Counted from the whole stretch's first letter, positions 13,198 to 26,881 are shown. The stretch is 63,757 bases of DNA, filler included, from Octopus bimaculoides (GCF_001194135.2; 7 parts of 6 records of this genome joined end to end with filler, not necessarily neighbours in it), one strand, 5' to 3'. Numbers and translations: made by a program. The notes: generated from the letters alone by a model not told the origin.

Positions 13198-13237
<40 letters not shown>

Positions 13238-13239
<2 letters not shown>

Positions 13240-13480
13240 GTTTGAATGTGGTGTGTGCCAGAGGGCTTGCAAATCCAATGGGGGTCTTAAAAGACATGTT
13301 AGGATCCACAATGAGCAGAACTTACCTGCAGGTACTGGTAATACAAATCAGAGATGCAATCTATGTGGGTGTTTTTTCAAAACATTGTCTGGTTTAAAAA
13401 GCTACATCAGATGCTATGATGGTGCTAAGGTGTAGGTACAGGAGGTGGTCAAACTCTGTGTAAGGAGTAGACAACCACCA
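13238..13480 (+). mobile_element. 5'-truncated retroelement tail encoding two C2H2-like zinc fingers
   Basis: FECGVCQRACKSNGGLKRHVRIH...RCNLCGCFFKTLSGLKSYIRC. Starts abruptly after (TA)n; a short 3' segment then runs into a microsatellite. No splice sites identified. Confidence 0.55.
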
Positions 13481-13597
13481 TATATATATGTATATGTATG
13501 TATGTATGTATGTTATGTATGTATGTATGCATAAGGTATTTTTCATATGCTGGCCACTGATGAAATTTTTTAATAAATTTTTATCCTTATATTAGAA

Positions 13598-13639
<42 letters not shown>

Positions 13640-14240
13640 NNNNNNNNNNNNNNNNNNNNNNNNNNNNNNNNNNNNNNNNNNNNNNNNNNNNNNNNNNNNN
13701 NNNNNNNNNNNNNNNNNNNNNNNNNNNNNNNNNNNNNNNNNNNNNNNNNNNNNNNNNNNNNNNNNNNNNNNNNNNNNNNNNNNNNNNNNNNNNNNNNNNN
13801 NNNNNNNNNNNNNNNNNNNNNNNNNNNNNNNNNNNNNNNNNNNNNNNNNNNNNNNNNNNNNNNNNNNNNNNNNNNNNNNNNNNNNNNNNNNNNNNNNNNN
13901 NNNNNNNNNNNNNNNNNNNNNNNNNNNNNNNNNNNNNNNNNNNNNNNNNNNNNNNNNNNNNNNNNNNNNNNNNNNNNNNNNNNNNNNNNNNNNNNNNNNN
14001 NNNNNNNNNNNNNNNNNNNNNNNNNNNNNNNNNNNNNNNNNNNNNNNNNNNNNNNNNNNNNNNNNNNNNNNNNNNNNNNNNNNNNNNNNNNNNNNNNNNN
14101 NNNNNNNNNNNNNNNNNNNNNNNNNNNNNNCTGGAGTGTAACTATAATCTGTCCATAGCACTTACTCAGCATTACCTGACACCTTTGGGCCTTCTTGACA
14201 CCATTACCTCTCATAACCTGTATATATATATATATACATA

Positions 14241-14334
<94 letters not shown>

Positions 14335-15699
14335 GGAAAATGGAAAGTTTAAACTGACATATATTAATCTATTAACATAATATTATATTATTATTATTAT
14401 ATAAATATTATTAATCCCTGCAACTGTTATGAATCAAACCCAAAACCAATAACAAATTTATAAAAATTCATATTTTGGAAATGTTTTGAAAAATCTCATC
14501 AGAGTAAAACAGGACAAAAATTACGTATTAGAAGTTATAGTTATAACTTTAAGATTTATATTTTTCTTTCATAAATGCATTTAACAGAAACTTTACATAT
14601 GATTTAATATACAAATAAATTTATTGTAAAGCTTATCATAATTTTATTCAATTGTTAACCTATTTAACAAAAGGTAATTAGTTTTTTGTATTTGTTATAA
14701 GTCTTACTAATAATATATAAATTTAGTGTTTTCTTATTTTTTCGTGACTATATTGACATATAAATTTATTTATATAATCAGATTTCCCATAAGTTTATAA
14801 CTATTAAATAACAGGGTTTTTTTAAAAAAACATGTTTAGTTCTGTTTTTTTTTTTTTCAAGTGTATGGATACATACAAATAAAACACATAAATTTACATG
14901 AGCTTATAGTTTATTTTCTTTAAGATAGAAATAGTAAATATTGAAACATATTTTACATACACATTGGTATAGATGATAATAAATAATGATTATAGTATAA
15001 TTTGTAGTTACTTAGTGTTGGTGTGTTGAGGATAAGGGATATTTTTCTGAGTAAATTTTTGTGTATGAGATGTATTTTTTTCTCTTAACCGTATGGAAGT
15101 GAAAGTAAATATTTACTGTTTCACCATAGATTCTTAAAGAATTGTTTCTGTTTTAAAATACTGACACACAGAAAAAGGCTTAAATCAATATTCTTAAATA
15201 TACACACACATTTTATAACCATTATATTAGTCTTTTTGTATTTTATATTTAAAAAAAAAGTTATTGATGCTCACACTTACAAACATAAACATATATTGAT
15301 TAATTTAGTCTGTTAATTTATGTGTTTGTGTATAAGTCATTATTCAGTTTATTTCAAGATTTCTTGCCAATAGAGAGAGAACCAGTTTCTAACCTAGATC
15401 CAAGGTTCTTTCATTGGAATTTCAGCATCAACAACAGGGTATTTTGTATGTATGTATGTATGTATGTATGTATGTATGTGCAGATTTGTATGTTTTATGT
15501 CTGTATTCTCTTGCATATAATTACATATCTAGACATGCTCATAAATATTTAAATGATAAACTTCTGGAAAGTTTTACAGATTTTTACAGTTCTGATGATG
15601 GATTGGATCTGTAGTCTTTGAATTAGCTTCCTGGTTTTGAGAAGCCTAATTTCTCAAGATTGGTATTTAGGCAGTGTGTTGTATGTATGTATGTATGTA

Positions 15700-15990
15700 T
15701 GTATGTGTGTTTGTGTATGTGTGCCCTTGTCTTGACATCATGTGATGGTTGTAAACAAGTATCTCTTCCATAGAAATGATACTTTTCATTTCTAGTCTTC
15801 TGTAGAAAACCTGCCTGGTTATGGGAAAATATTATTAATACCGTCTTTGGGAACAGGAGAAAGTTGATGACAAGGAGGGCACCCCCACTGTAGAATATCT
15901 GGTTCAACAAATTCTGTCTGACCCATGCGAACATGGAAAAGTGGATGATGAAGATGATGACAACAACAACGACAATGATGATGTTGATGT

Positions 15991-16037
<47 letters not shown>

Positions 16038-16330
16038 GGGATGGGGATGGTGATGGTGGTGATGGTGGTGACGGTGGTGATGGTGACGGTGGTGACAGTG
16101 ACGGTGGTGAGGGTGATGGTGGTGACGGTGACGGTGGTGACGGTGACGACGGTGACGGTGGTGATGGTGATGGTGGTGTCAATGATGGTGGTGACGATGA
16201 CGGTGGTGATGATGATGGTGATGATGATGGTGATGATGATGGTGATGATGGTGATGGTGAGGATGATGGTCATGGTGATGATGATGATGATGATGGTGAT
16301 GATGCTGACAATGATGATGATGATGACCAC
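15700..16330 (+). mobile_element. SINE A2 with greatly expanded (GAT/GGT/GAC)n tail
   Basis: SINE body ends catggaaaagtggatgatgaag at about 15950 and runs straight into about 380 bp of triplets. Confidence 0.8.
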
Positions 16331-17022
16331 TATGAAAAGAAGTGTGTAATCATTAGATACGTGTTGCTATAGAACTGATAACTGTTCTGATTAGGTTTAA
16401 TAAGATATTTACAGGTTAACAGATATGCACTAATTGTTGTGAGCTTAACATCCCAGATTACTGAGCACATAACTAATGTAGTCATTGTGCAAGACTCCTA
16501 AAAAAAAAGCCCCTAGTTTACTCTGCTCGTTTCAGTTTGCCTGACTAGACATAAAAACAGGTTCTATGTCCTACATCACAGTTCATTAGTTAGGTGCAGG
16601 ATGAACGTCATTGAGCTGTAAAAGCAATTACTGCAACAAATAAACCTTTGTATGCATCTAAGCATGGAAAAGTGGATGCAAAACAGTCAACAAATATATA
16701 TATATATATATATATANNNNNNNNNNNNNNNNNNNNNNNNNNNNNNNNNNNNNNNNNNNNNNNNNNNNNNNNNNNNNNNNNNNNNNNNNNNNNNNNNNNN
16801 NNNNNNNNNNNNNNNNNNNNNNNNNNNNNNNNNNNNNNNNNNNNNNNNNNNNNNNNNNNNNNNNNNNNNNNNNNNNNNNNNNNNNNNNNNNNNNNNNNNN
16901 NNNNNNNNNNNNNNNNNNNNNNNNNNNNNNNNNNNNNNNNNNNNNNNNNNNNNNNNNNNNNNNNNNNNNNNNNNNNNNNNNNNNNNNNNNNNNNNNNNNN
17001 NNNNNNNNNNNNNNNNNNNNNN

Positions 17023-17119
<97 letters not shown>

Positions 17120-17276
17120 CATATACATACAGTTTTGCACCCACCTTTCCATGCTTAGATGCATATAAAGGTTTATTGCATGTATCGACATATGTATACA
17201 TACATACATATATGTATGTACACACACAAACACACACACACACACACACACTCATATATACACATATCTATATCTA

Positions 17277-17311
<35 letters not shown>

Positions 17312-17389
17312 ATATAATATTATATACATAGGTTAATGGTGAATATAATCTTTGTGTGTGGCAAGGTGCAGATACAATAAGCACTAGAA

Positions 17390-17715
17390 ATGCGCAAACA
17401 ATAGGCTTTCTCAAATGCTCAGAGGGATCATTAGAAGTAGGAAATAGCTTCTGTTACCTAGGAGACCAAGTTAGCAGGGGTGGAGGAAGTTCTGAAAGTG
17501 TAGTTGCTAAGATAAGAATGGGCTGGACAAAGTTCAGAGACCTTCTACCTTTGTTGGTAACTAAGGGCCTCTCCCTCAGAGTGAAAGGCAGATTGTATGA
17601 TGCCTGTGTATGCACAGCTATGTTACATGGCAGTGGAACATGGGCTTTGACTACAGAGGACTTACAAAGGCATGAAAGAAATGAAGCTACTATTCTCCAC
17701 TGGATGTGTAATGTT
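17390..17715 (+). mobile_element. RTE-clade LINE reverse-transcriptase C-terminal fragment
   Basis: LEVGNSFCYLGDQVSRGGGSSESVVAKIRMGWTKFRDLLPLL...KGRLYDACVCTAMLHGSGTW, the typical RTE FxYLG...RI..AW..F...LYG.ETW block. Confidence 0.85.
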
Positions 17716-17920
17716 AGTAAATCATTTGCTGGCTTTCTTTAAGACTAGTGGAATGAAAAGTCCCTTTCTTGAAAAGCGAGTATGGGTTGGTGACAGGAAG
17801 AGCATCCAGCTGTAAAAGAATACCTCACCAACGAATATTTAACAGATATTTGTTGTCTTACTCACGTTACCATGAAAATTCAGATGTACAATGAAAACAG
17901 AAACAAGACACCCACACGTA

Positions 17921-17960
<40 letters not shown>

Positions 17961-18874
17961 CACACACACACATACACAAACCTGAATGACAAAATCTCAG
18001 TTATTGACCTATTCTCTGAATGTAAAATTGGTGGTATTGATTCTTTTGTTTAGCAATCCCAATTAAAATGAATCGACCATATTATCAAAATATGTGATAT
18101 AAAAGAATTCCCATAATCTTTATGGCTAACCAGCTCCATGATGTGAGGAAAAGTATAGGAAGACCATAGTGAAGGCACAAGGACAACCCCAAAGGTAACA
18201 TGAAAGAGGCAAAGATTCATTTCCCCCAGAAACATCTGGAAAATTGCACTGAATAATCATGAATGGAAGTTAACTTGCTATTAAGCCATAAGGAACCATA
18301 AATTGAGTCGTCTGTATGGTCTTAAAGAACTGAGAGCAAAGACAAAGTCTCAAACATACCAGCTACTTTGTATAACAATCCATTTTTGTTATATCCAAAG
18401 TGTGGACTTGTCAATAGATTGTAAGTTTGATTAAAGTCTCGTCAGAGACATGGATGTCAGAACTAAAACAAAAGCAAAAACTGCTGTTAGATCCTCATAT
18501 GTCAAAATCAAAAAAAGATAGTCATCTGGCAGCAAGTTTGTATTCATATACATTACTGCTTAGTGCTGTTATCTTGTATTTTATTTATGGCAAACTACTG
18601 AATAATGCAACCAGTCATTGAATGATGACATGGGATATCATAAAGGGGATCAGTCTCCTGTGTCAGTTTGCAGCACGTGCCTTTCCAGTCTCTGTTGCTG
18701 AAGAGGTGATAATCACTCTGAAAGGCATGCATCCAACAGTCAGGTTAAGGAATGCTGCAGACTGACACATTGTGTTTATACCAGTCTGTGAGGAATTTCA
18801 TCCATGACAAAATACAGTGAATAGCTTGCTTATGGCTCAAACATATTTGAACTGGTAGCAAGTTTACATTTGCA

Positions 18875-18970
<96 letters not shown>

Positions 18971-18971
<1 letters not shown>

Positions 18972-19200
18972 GTACATGCTGCTCAGTGGTTAGGGTGTTG
19001 CACTCATGATCATAAGATTGTGGTTTTGATTCCTGGACTGGGCAGTGCATTGTGTTCTTGACCAAAACATTTCATTTTATGCTACTCCAGTCCACTCAGC
19101 TGGCAAAAATGGATAATACTGCAATGGACCAGTGTCCCATCCAGGAGGAGAAATATATATACACCACAGAATCCAAGAAACTGGTCTTATGAGCCTATGG
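18971..19200 (+). mobile_element. tRNA-head SINE family C (degenerate)
   Basis: cagtggttagggtgttgcactcatgatc...ccagtccactcagctggcaaaaatg...ctgcaatggaccagtgtcccatccag. Confidence 0.7.
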
Positions 19201-20518
19201 CTAAGGAATAATATATACATGTGACATTTATAGTTACTTCCATACCATGGTTTATTATTCACAACTGTCTTCAGCAGACTTCCATTATGGATATTGAAGC
19301 AAAGGACAATATATATATGCTATGCAATAAAAGTCTTTCTGTTAGTGGATATGGAGTACTTTGATGTTTCGTATAAAAATTAACACTTTCAAACAACACA
19401 GATTGAAACATATATGTATTGACTTTTTCGCAATGCCTTTTCATACTCACAAAAAACCCTATTGTTTCTTTAAAGAAATAATAAAGAAACCTGTAATAAT
19501 TATTTCAGTCGCACACTTTCCACTCCTGTGTTAATAAAAGAGTGTTTTGTTATCCTAGGGCTTCAATCTTCCTTGACAAAAGCCATTAAAAAATGAAGAT
19601 GGCAGTTGAAAAGTGTTCCTTGGTGAGTATACTAAGAGTTACAGCCAGGATGGTTTCTTGTGGATGAAAGTGAGAACAAGCACATACAGCATTCATATCT
19701 TAGATAAGGATATTGGAGCAAGTTGAGTGCTTTGTGTTTGAGAAAGATGTCTTTCTCTTAAAATCTGTTAAAAAACTTACTCCCCACAATTCATATGCAA
19801 ATATCAACATCTTTTTTTATGTACTTCCATTTAACCCTTGCAAATACAGAAATTAAAATGAATGTAAAATTTGCTTTTGTTATGCTTTTAATTTTCTCTT
19901 CATTTGTTTTCTACTTATTTATTTATTTATATATTTTAGTTAATAGTTTTTTTTTTCTCATCTTCTTTCTTTTCTGAAAATTTCTTTTCTCTTGCTATTG
20001 AATTTCCAATTGGCTCAAAGTTTTCATTTGTTTTCTGTTATTATCAAGAGATTTATTACTTATTCAGTTTTTAAAAGCAAATAAAATCATTAAATTCCTT
20101 TTTCTATTGTTTTCAATTCTCTCATTTTCATTTATTATTAATGATATTTTGAATTTATTTCCCCTTAGGGAACTTCAATATTTAAAATTTCCTTTACAAT
20201 GTGCCACTATACGTTTATTAAAAGAAGAAAGAAGCAAAAAAAATACAACAAAACATTGACAGCTGGAAACTTTTCTGTCACTCTGTGTCTTTTACACGCA
20301 TATTTCTTAGCAACTAATATTGTTTCTAAATTTGGTGGTTATAAGTTCAAGTAATGAAATAATTTACAAAATAATGCAAGTTATATATAAAAAGAAAACA
20401 TGGCTGTTATGAACAACCACTGTTTACAGGTTTCAGGTTTCAAATTCTGCCATTGTCATTGCATGGGGTGTTTGGGCTAAATTTGACAATATTTTGTGTC
20501 TCCTTTTTTCCCAGGCTT

Positions 20519-20780
20519 GTGGAGGCACATGGCTTAGTGGTTAGGGTATCAGCATCATGACCGTAAGATTGTGGTTTCGATTCCTGGACCGGGCGATGCG
20601 TTGTGTTCTTGAGCAAAACACTTCATTTCACGTTGCTCCAGTCCACTCAGCTGGCAAAAATGAGTAACTCTGCGATGGACTGGTGTCCTGTCCAGCTGGG
20701 GAACACATACACCATTGAAACTGGGAAACCGGGCCCATGAGCCTGGCTAGGCTTTAAAAGGGCGCATTTATTTATCTATT
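20519..20780 (+). mobile_element. tRNA-head SINE family C
   Basis: A/B-box-like head, ctgcgatggactggtgtcctgtccagctgggg block, tail ggctttaaaagggcgcatttattt. Confidence 0.8.
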
Positions 20781-20869
20781 TTTTTTCCCAGGATTAGCTT
20801 GAAGTATTGGTGAACAGTCAATGGTGTTGGAGAGCATAAAGATTAAAACTGTAGTTGGGAAAAAGTTAG

Positions 20870-21508
20870 CAGACATGGAGGATTGGAAGCCATCTGAATA
20901 TTGAAAAAGAGTTACTTGTATCATGATGATTTGCGTTGGATATCAAAATACTGACATCGTGACTGTTGCTCAATGTTCTGTGAACACTAAAAGGGCTGTT
21001 AGATTTGACGTGGACATCATGAAAGCTAAGTCCTTCCAGCTTGTGATGGTTTTTGGGTGTGTCTCCACTGACAATGATGTTATGCTGCCCCACATTTTGA
21101 ACCAGAGCCTGTTAGGATCATTTCAGATGACTATGTAAAGATGCTGGAAACTGTGGTCAAACGCTGGTTGGATAGGGTTGCTACTGGAAGACCAGATGTG
21201 TAGTAGCAGAATTTGACTCCTTGCTACACCTCTATTAAGAATCAGAAATGGTTATCAGAGAATTTCTATGACTTCATCAGCCCCAATTTCTGGCCTTTTC
21301 ATTACCCAATATTAATTCCATGGATTACTATGTGCAGAGCATGGCTGATAAAGACACCAATCACTGCTTGCAAAACCAAAGCTGAGCTGGTGACCAAATT
21401 CAAGAAGATATTCATAAATTTGCCCAAGGACACAGTGAGGAATGTATGTGTCAGATTCCAGAGCTGTGTTGAAGCCATGGTAGATGCTGAAGGTGGCTAC
21501 TTTGCATA
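20870..21508 (+). mobile_element. Degenerate, internally deleted DD37D/maT-like Tc1-mariner transposase
   Basis: VMVFGCVSTDNDVMLP...YVKMLETVVKRWLDRVATGRP...WLSENFYDFISPNFWP...MDYYV...VRFQSCVEAMVDAEGGYF, with stops and frameshifts; homologous to 41452-42283. Confidence 0.8.
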
Positions 21509-21730
21509 TGAGTGAACACTGAAAAGTCCCTGGCTTTGGGTAAAAGAAAATACAGGAGAATCAGTTTATTATGATTTTATTCAACATATTCCCTTCTCAG
21601 ATTCACATACTAGTTGCATTGGTCCTTCAGCTTTTCTAAGCCCTGTAAAAGAACTTGGAAGATTGGGCCTTCAACCAGGCCTTTCGTAATACCTTAAAGC
21701 CAGGAACTTTTCAGCCCTACCACTTCTTTA
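21509..21730. mobile_element. Mariner-type MITE
   Basis: Inverted repeats ctgaaaagtccctggcttt (21519-21537) and aaagccaggaacttttcag (21696-21714); TA at the left flank. Confidence 0.7.
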
Positions 21731-21734
21731 TATA

Positions 21735-21809
<75 letters not shown>

Positions 21810-22080
21810 GTGTATACATATATATAGATATACATATATATAGATATACATATATATATAGTTAATCAAATATATTCAATGAGGATACAGTATACTGAAT
21901 TTTGAATAAGTGCTCTTCGTATGAGAAATGTCTAAAGCCTTAAAGGTATTTTGAGATTTAAAGATTTAAAGATTTAATAAGAGTGATTATATATTATAAA
22001 GTAAGAGCAGGAAAAATTGCATTAAAAAATCACATAACATATATGTCCGTAGTATAAATAATATTGTATTATTAGATAAA

Positions 22081-22573
22081 TATATAAAGTATAATTATTT
22101 AAAAGGTTTGAGATATATCTTACAATCATTTCATGAATGTATTACCCTTCAAAACGAAATCCGAAGTTGATAATCATTATTAGGTAATACATACACTTGT
22201 CAGAGAAAAAGAGGAATTTCCGTATAGTCAATCAAATGATAGAGATGCTATTTAAAAACGTATCATAAAGATATTGTTTAAAAAAGTTATTACAAAGGAT
22301 TTTACTACGGATTTATATTATCTTTTCAAAATTGTTAGCCCAAGTTTATACCAATGCACGTCTATACCAATAAATTTTTTAAACATCTTTATCATAGTTT
22401 TTAAATAGCATCTCTCTCATTCGATTGACTATATGGAAATTCATCTTTTTCTCTGACAAGTGGACGTATTACCTAATAATGATTATCAAGTTTGGATTTC
22501 CTTTCAAAGAGTATTACATTCATGAAATGATCGTAAGATATCTCAAACCATTTAAATAATCATACTTTATATA
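22081..22573. mobile_element. Foldback element (about 200-bp inverted arms, about 90-bp spacer)
   Basis: 22081-22283 is an imperfect reverse complement of 22375-22573. Confidence 0.8.
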
Positions 22574-22584
22574 TCTTTTATTCT

Positions 22585-22984
22585 TTTACTTGTTTCAGTC
22601 TTTTGACTGTGGCCATGCTGGAGCACCACCTTTAGTCGAGCAACTCGACCCCAGGACTTATTCTTTGGAAGCCTAGTACTTATTCTATCGGTCTCTTTTG
22701 CCGAACCGCTAAGTTACGGGGACGTAAACACACCAGCATCGGTTGTCAAGCGATGTTGGAGGGACAAACACAGACACGCAAACACATACACACATACATA
22801 TATATACATATACATATATACGACGGGCTTCTTTCAGTTTCCATCTACCAAATCCACTCACAAGGCTTTGGTCGGCCTGAGGCTATAGTAGAAGACACTT
22901 GCCCAAGATGCCACGCAGTGGGACTGAACCCGGAACCATGTGGTTAGTAAGCAAGCTACTTACCACACAGCCACTCCTGTGCCT
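22585..22984 (-). mobile_element. Full-length SINE family A
   Basis: Near-complete reverse complement of 40508-40915. Confidence 0.9.
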
Positions 22985-23108
22985 CCACACAGCCACGCCT
23001 GTGCCTCCACACAGCCACTCCTGTGCCTCCACACAGCCACTCCTGTTCCTCCACACAGCCACTCCTGTGCCTCCACACAGCCACTCCTGTGCCTCCACAC
23101 AGCCACTC
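22963..23108. repeat. 22-bp minisatellite (about 6.6 copies) derived from the SINE 5' end
   Basis: Unit ccacacagccactcctgtgcct at 22963, 22985, 23007, 23029, 23051, 23073 and a partial copy at 23095. Confidence 0.95.
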
Positions 23109-23608
23109 ATCCCCTGATTAATGTTGAAAAATCAAGAGTGTTTATAATTTTTGACTCGCCCTCATACTTACGCATATTATTTTAGTTTATAGATTCATCA
23201 AATCTCTCTATGATCAAATGCCTGGATATTAACATTAAACCATGCAATAGCAATTACTAAACACACACATAGATGCACACATATATATCTATTTACATAC
23301 ATACATGCATACATATACACGTATAAATTTACTCATACTGTCAATAATGATGGTAAATATGTTTATAATACATGCATTGAAAATGGTAATGAAATCTATT
23401 TAAAATATTGATTAAAAAGCATACTTAGTTTTTAATACAAATGTTTACATGTTGTAATACACTTTGCATTGACTAATCTCTGACATTAATTTTCTTTTAT
23501 CGGAAAGCTTGTTCGAATTAAAAGCATAACTATGAAGGAATCTGCATATATGTATGTGTATGCATGTATATATATGTTTGTATGTATAAACAATTATGTA
23601 TGTACATA

Positions 23609-23666
<58 letters not shown>

Positions 23667-24867
23667 TATATACTTTTATATATACACTTTGTATATACAC
23701 NNNNNNNNNNNNNNNNNNNNNNNNNNNNNNNNNNNNNNNNNNNNTTAATTAATTAANNNNNNNNNNNNNNNNNNNNNNNNNNNNNNNNNNNNNNNNNNNN
23801 ATATATATATATATATACACATATATACGACGGGTTTCTTTCAGTTTCCGCCTACCAAATCCACTCACAAGGCTTTGGTTGGCCCGAGACTATAGTACAA
23901 GGCACTTGCCCAAAGTTCCTATGCAGTCGAAATGAACCCGGAACCATGTGGTTTGTAAGCAATTTATATATATATAAAGCTTAATCGTGTTATCTCCATC
24001 GCTATCTCCATATTAGCTCAAATGGATTTCTTCTATAACCATTTTCCCCGGTGGACCTAGTCCTCTATAAATATTGCGAAGTTTAAGTTCAAATCATTTG
24101 AGCACTGCGTGTTTTCTCTACCGACAACGTCTAGCTCTCATCTCTTCACTTTGTATATATCAGTGTGGGTGTGTGTGTGTGTGTGCGTACGTGCGTGCAT
24201 GTATGTATTATGCATCTTTGCATGGATATGTGTGTATGCGTATGTATGGCTACATTCAGGATATTTCAAAATTAGGAAATACTTGTATTAAATCTTGTTA
24301 CATTTTCTTGATAATTCTCGTTGCCACAAAAGTTCAGTAACCATGCTTAATTTTGTATTCATAAGATATTAGTACGTATTATTGAATCTTTAAATATGAT
24401 GGATCGATATTGTTATAGAATTTAGTAATCATATTTGAATTATTTCAAATACTGGCAAAGCGATGACAGAAATACTGCTAATTGTCCTAATGAGTGGTTC
24501 TTTGAAACGCTGAAAATGCAACAAAAGGTTTTATTAGAGTATTTAATTCTAGTATCGATGCCTTATTCTTAGCCTCATTCATCTCCTTTTATTGAGACTT
24601 GTATTTTATCGACGCTCTATTCATATATATATATATATATATATATANNNNNNNNNNNNNNNNNNNNNNNNNNNNNNNNNNNNNNNNNNNNNNNNNNNNN
24701 NNNNNNNNNNNNNNNNNNNNNNNNNNNNNNNNNNNNNNNNNNNNNNNNNNNNNNNNNNNNNNNNNNNNNNNNNNNNNNNNNNNNNNNNNNNNNNNNNNNN
24801 NNNNNNNNNNNNNNNNNNNNNNNNNNNNNNNNNNNNNNNNNNNNNNNNNNNNNNNNNNNNNNNNNNA

Positions 24868-24900
<33 letters not shown>

Positions 24901-25210
24901 AGTGGTTAGGGCACGAGACTCACGGTCGTAGGATCGCGGTTTCGATTCCCAGCCCGGGCGTTGTGAGTGTTTACTGAGCGAAAACACCTAAAGCTCCACG
25001 AAGCTCCGCTAGGTTGGGTTGGTGGCAAACCCTGTTGTACTCTTTCACAACAACTTTCTCTCACTCTTTCTTCTTATTTCTGTTGTACCTGTAATTCAAA
25101 GGGGCCAGCCTTGTCACACTCTGTGTCACGCTGAATTTCCCCCAGAGAACTACGTTAGGGGAACACGTGTTTGTGGAATGCTCAACCACTTGCATGTTAA
25201 TACACTCACA
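24901..25210 (+). mobile_element. tRNA-head SINE (C-type head, alternative body)
   Basis: C head joined to ccttgtcacactctgtgtcacgctgaat...ccacttgcatgttaat; the same body is on the minus strand at about 28990-29330. Confidence 0.75.
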
Positions 25211-25569
25211 CGTGTGTAGAGATACAGACAAATGTGCATTTTTGGGCATTCATATAGAGATGAATACGAAATCTCCTTTGTCATCCTGATTCACCTCATT
25301 ATCATCATCGTCGACACCAAATGCCCGTTTTCCGTTTGTTGTATACGCTGGACGAATTTTCTTTACTTTTTTGTAAAAGAAGATAGCTACTTCTCTTTGC
25401 TGCTATCGATCACAATTGCCCCGTCCGTGAAGCTCAACGTTCTTGAGTTCGCGTTCCTTCTCAATTTTTGGCTATCTTGTGTGTATGAAAGTTACCTCCT
25501 TCCATCTTATTTCTTCTCATTCACATACGTTACATACATAACTAGTGCAGTCGAATCTTACTGTGACTG

Positions 25570-26110
25570 ATTCGTTTAATGCTTAGACATATTTTCAGCT
25601 CATTGGTGTTCTGGCATTCATTGCGTGGCATGTCCAACGTATAATTTCACCCTAATTCATCTGCTTCCACAAATCTTCACTTTTAAGTGACTCTGTATCT
25701 TTTATATCAAATACGACATTTTTCAGAGATCAAAACGGAGTGCTACACGTCTTTCCTTCAAATTGATTATGAACTGTTTAGGGACCCATAATCTTATCTA
25801 ATTCATCTTCACCACAGTCTACTTGTGCCGTAAGCTCACAGATAATGACGCGTCTATCTGGGATGTGTCTGCGCGAAAAAATGCCTCCACTTGCTGGAGA
25901 ATCGCGTGAATGTTCAACCACTGCATTGTCTATCTTGGTGTGTTCCTTCTCTTTAATGTTCTTGAATTGAGACAGAACATTGTTGTTACTAATGTTGTCG
26001 TCTCGGTAAACAGCATGTAGCCTAATATGCATGCCAGACGGATTGAACTATTTTTTTGTCAAGAACTCGCATGTAGCTTCTGAACAGACCCATTATTTTC
26101 GGGCAATAAA
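25570..26110 (-). mobile_element. Highly degenerate mariner transposase (N-terminal HTH to first catalytic D)
   Basis: MHIRLHAVYRDDNISNNNV...DRRVIICELTAQV resembles mariner IHRRLQAVYG...DRRVTVRELA; downstream FVEADE resembles IVTGDE. Confidence 0.55.
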
Positions 26111-26592
26111 GAAGTGCAGAAAGAAGAGTTAATGGAGAGAAAATGGTTACTCTAGCGAAATGCGCAATATGAAGGGACTAAGCTCAATTACAAAGCGATC
26201 TATGCCCACTTTAGCATTATCTTCTGAAGGAAACCTCATCTTTTCTCTTTTTATCTTTTATTTGCTTTAGTCATTAGACTGCGGCCATGCTGGGGCACCG
26301 CCTTGAAGAGTATTTAGTTGAGCAAATCGGCTGCAGAATTGTTTTAAGCTTCGTTCTAAATCTATCGGTCTCTTTTAAAGAAAGAGCTAAGTTAAGGGGA
26401 CGTAAACAATACAAAACCGAATTTGAAGCGGTGTAGTAGGGGACAAACACAGACAAGACACACACACACACACACACAGATTTTATANNNNNNNNNNGTG
26501 TTACATGGTTAAAGTATATATTTAAATTATGTCAGAAAAATGTTAGAAAAATGTTATAAAATCTTTTTGGTATATAAACATTGTATTTTGAG

Positions 26593-26642
<50 letters not shown>

Positions 26643-26881
26643 ACATATATCTATGTATGTGTGTGTGTGTGTGTGTGTGTATGCGTGTATGTGCATGCAT
26701 ATATGTACCTGTATATGAACACACATGCACACACACGTTTTTATGTATATGTGTGTGAGGTATATATATATATATTCCATAAACTTTACAACCGGAATGA
26801 AATTGAGAGAAAATGCAAAGAAAAGGACTTTATTAAGAAATTCAAACCTACTCTTAACAAACAATGATTAAATTTACCCTA

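Noticed and set aside
14131-14218. Minus-strand exon candidate (VMRGNGVKKAQRCQVML) with GTAAGT donor
   Set aside because: The acceptor is just (TA)n-CAG, and the peptide has no similarity to the expected FBXO41 C-terminus.
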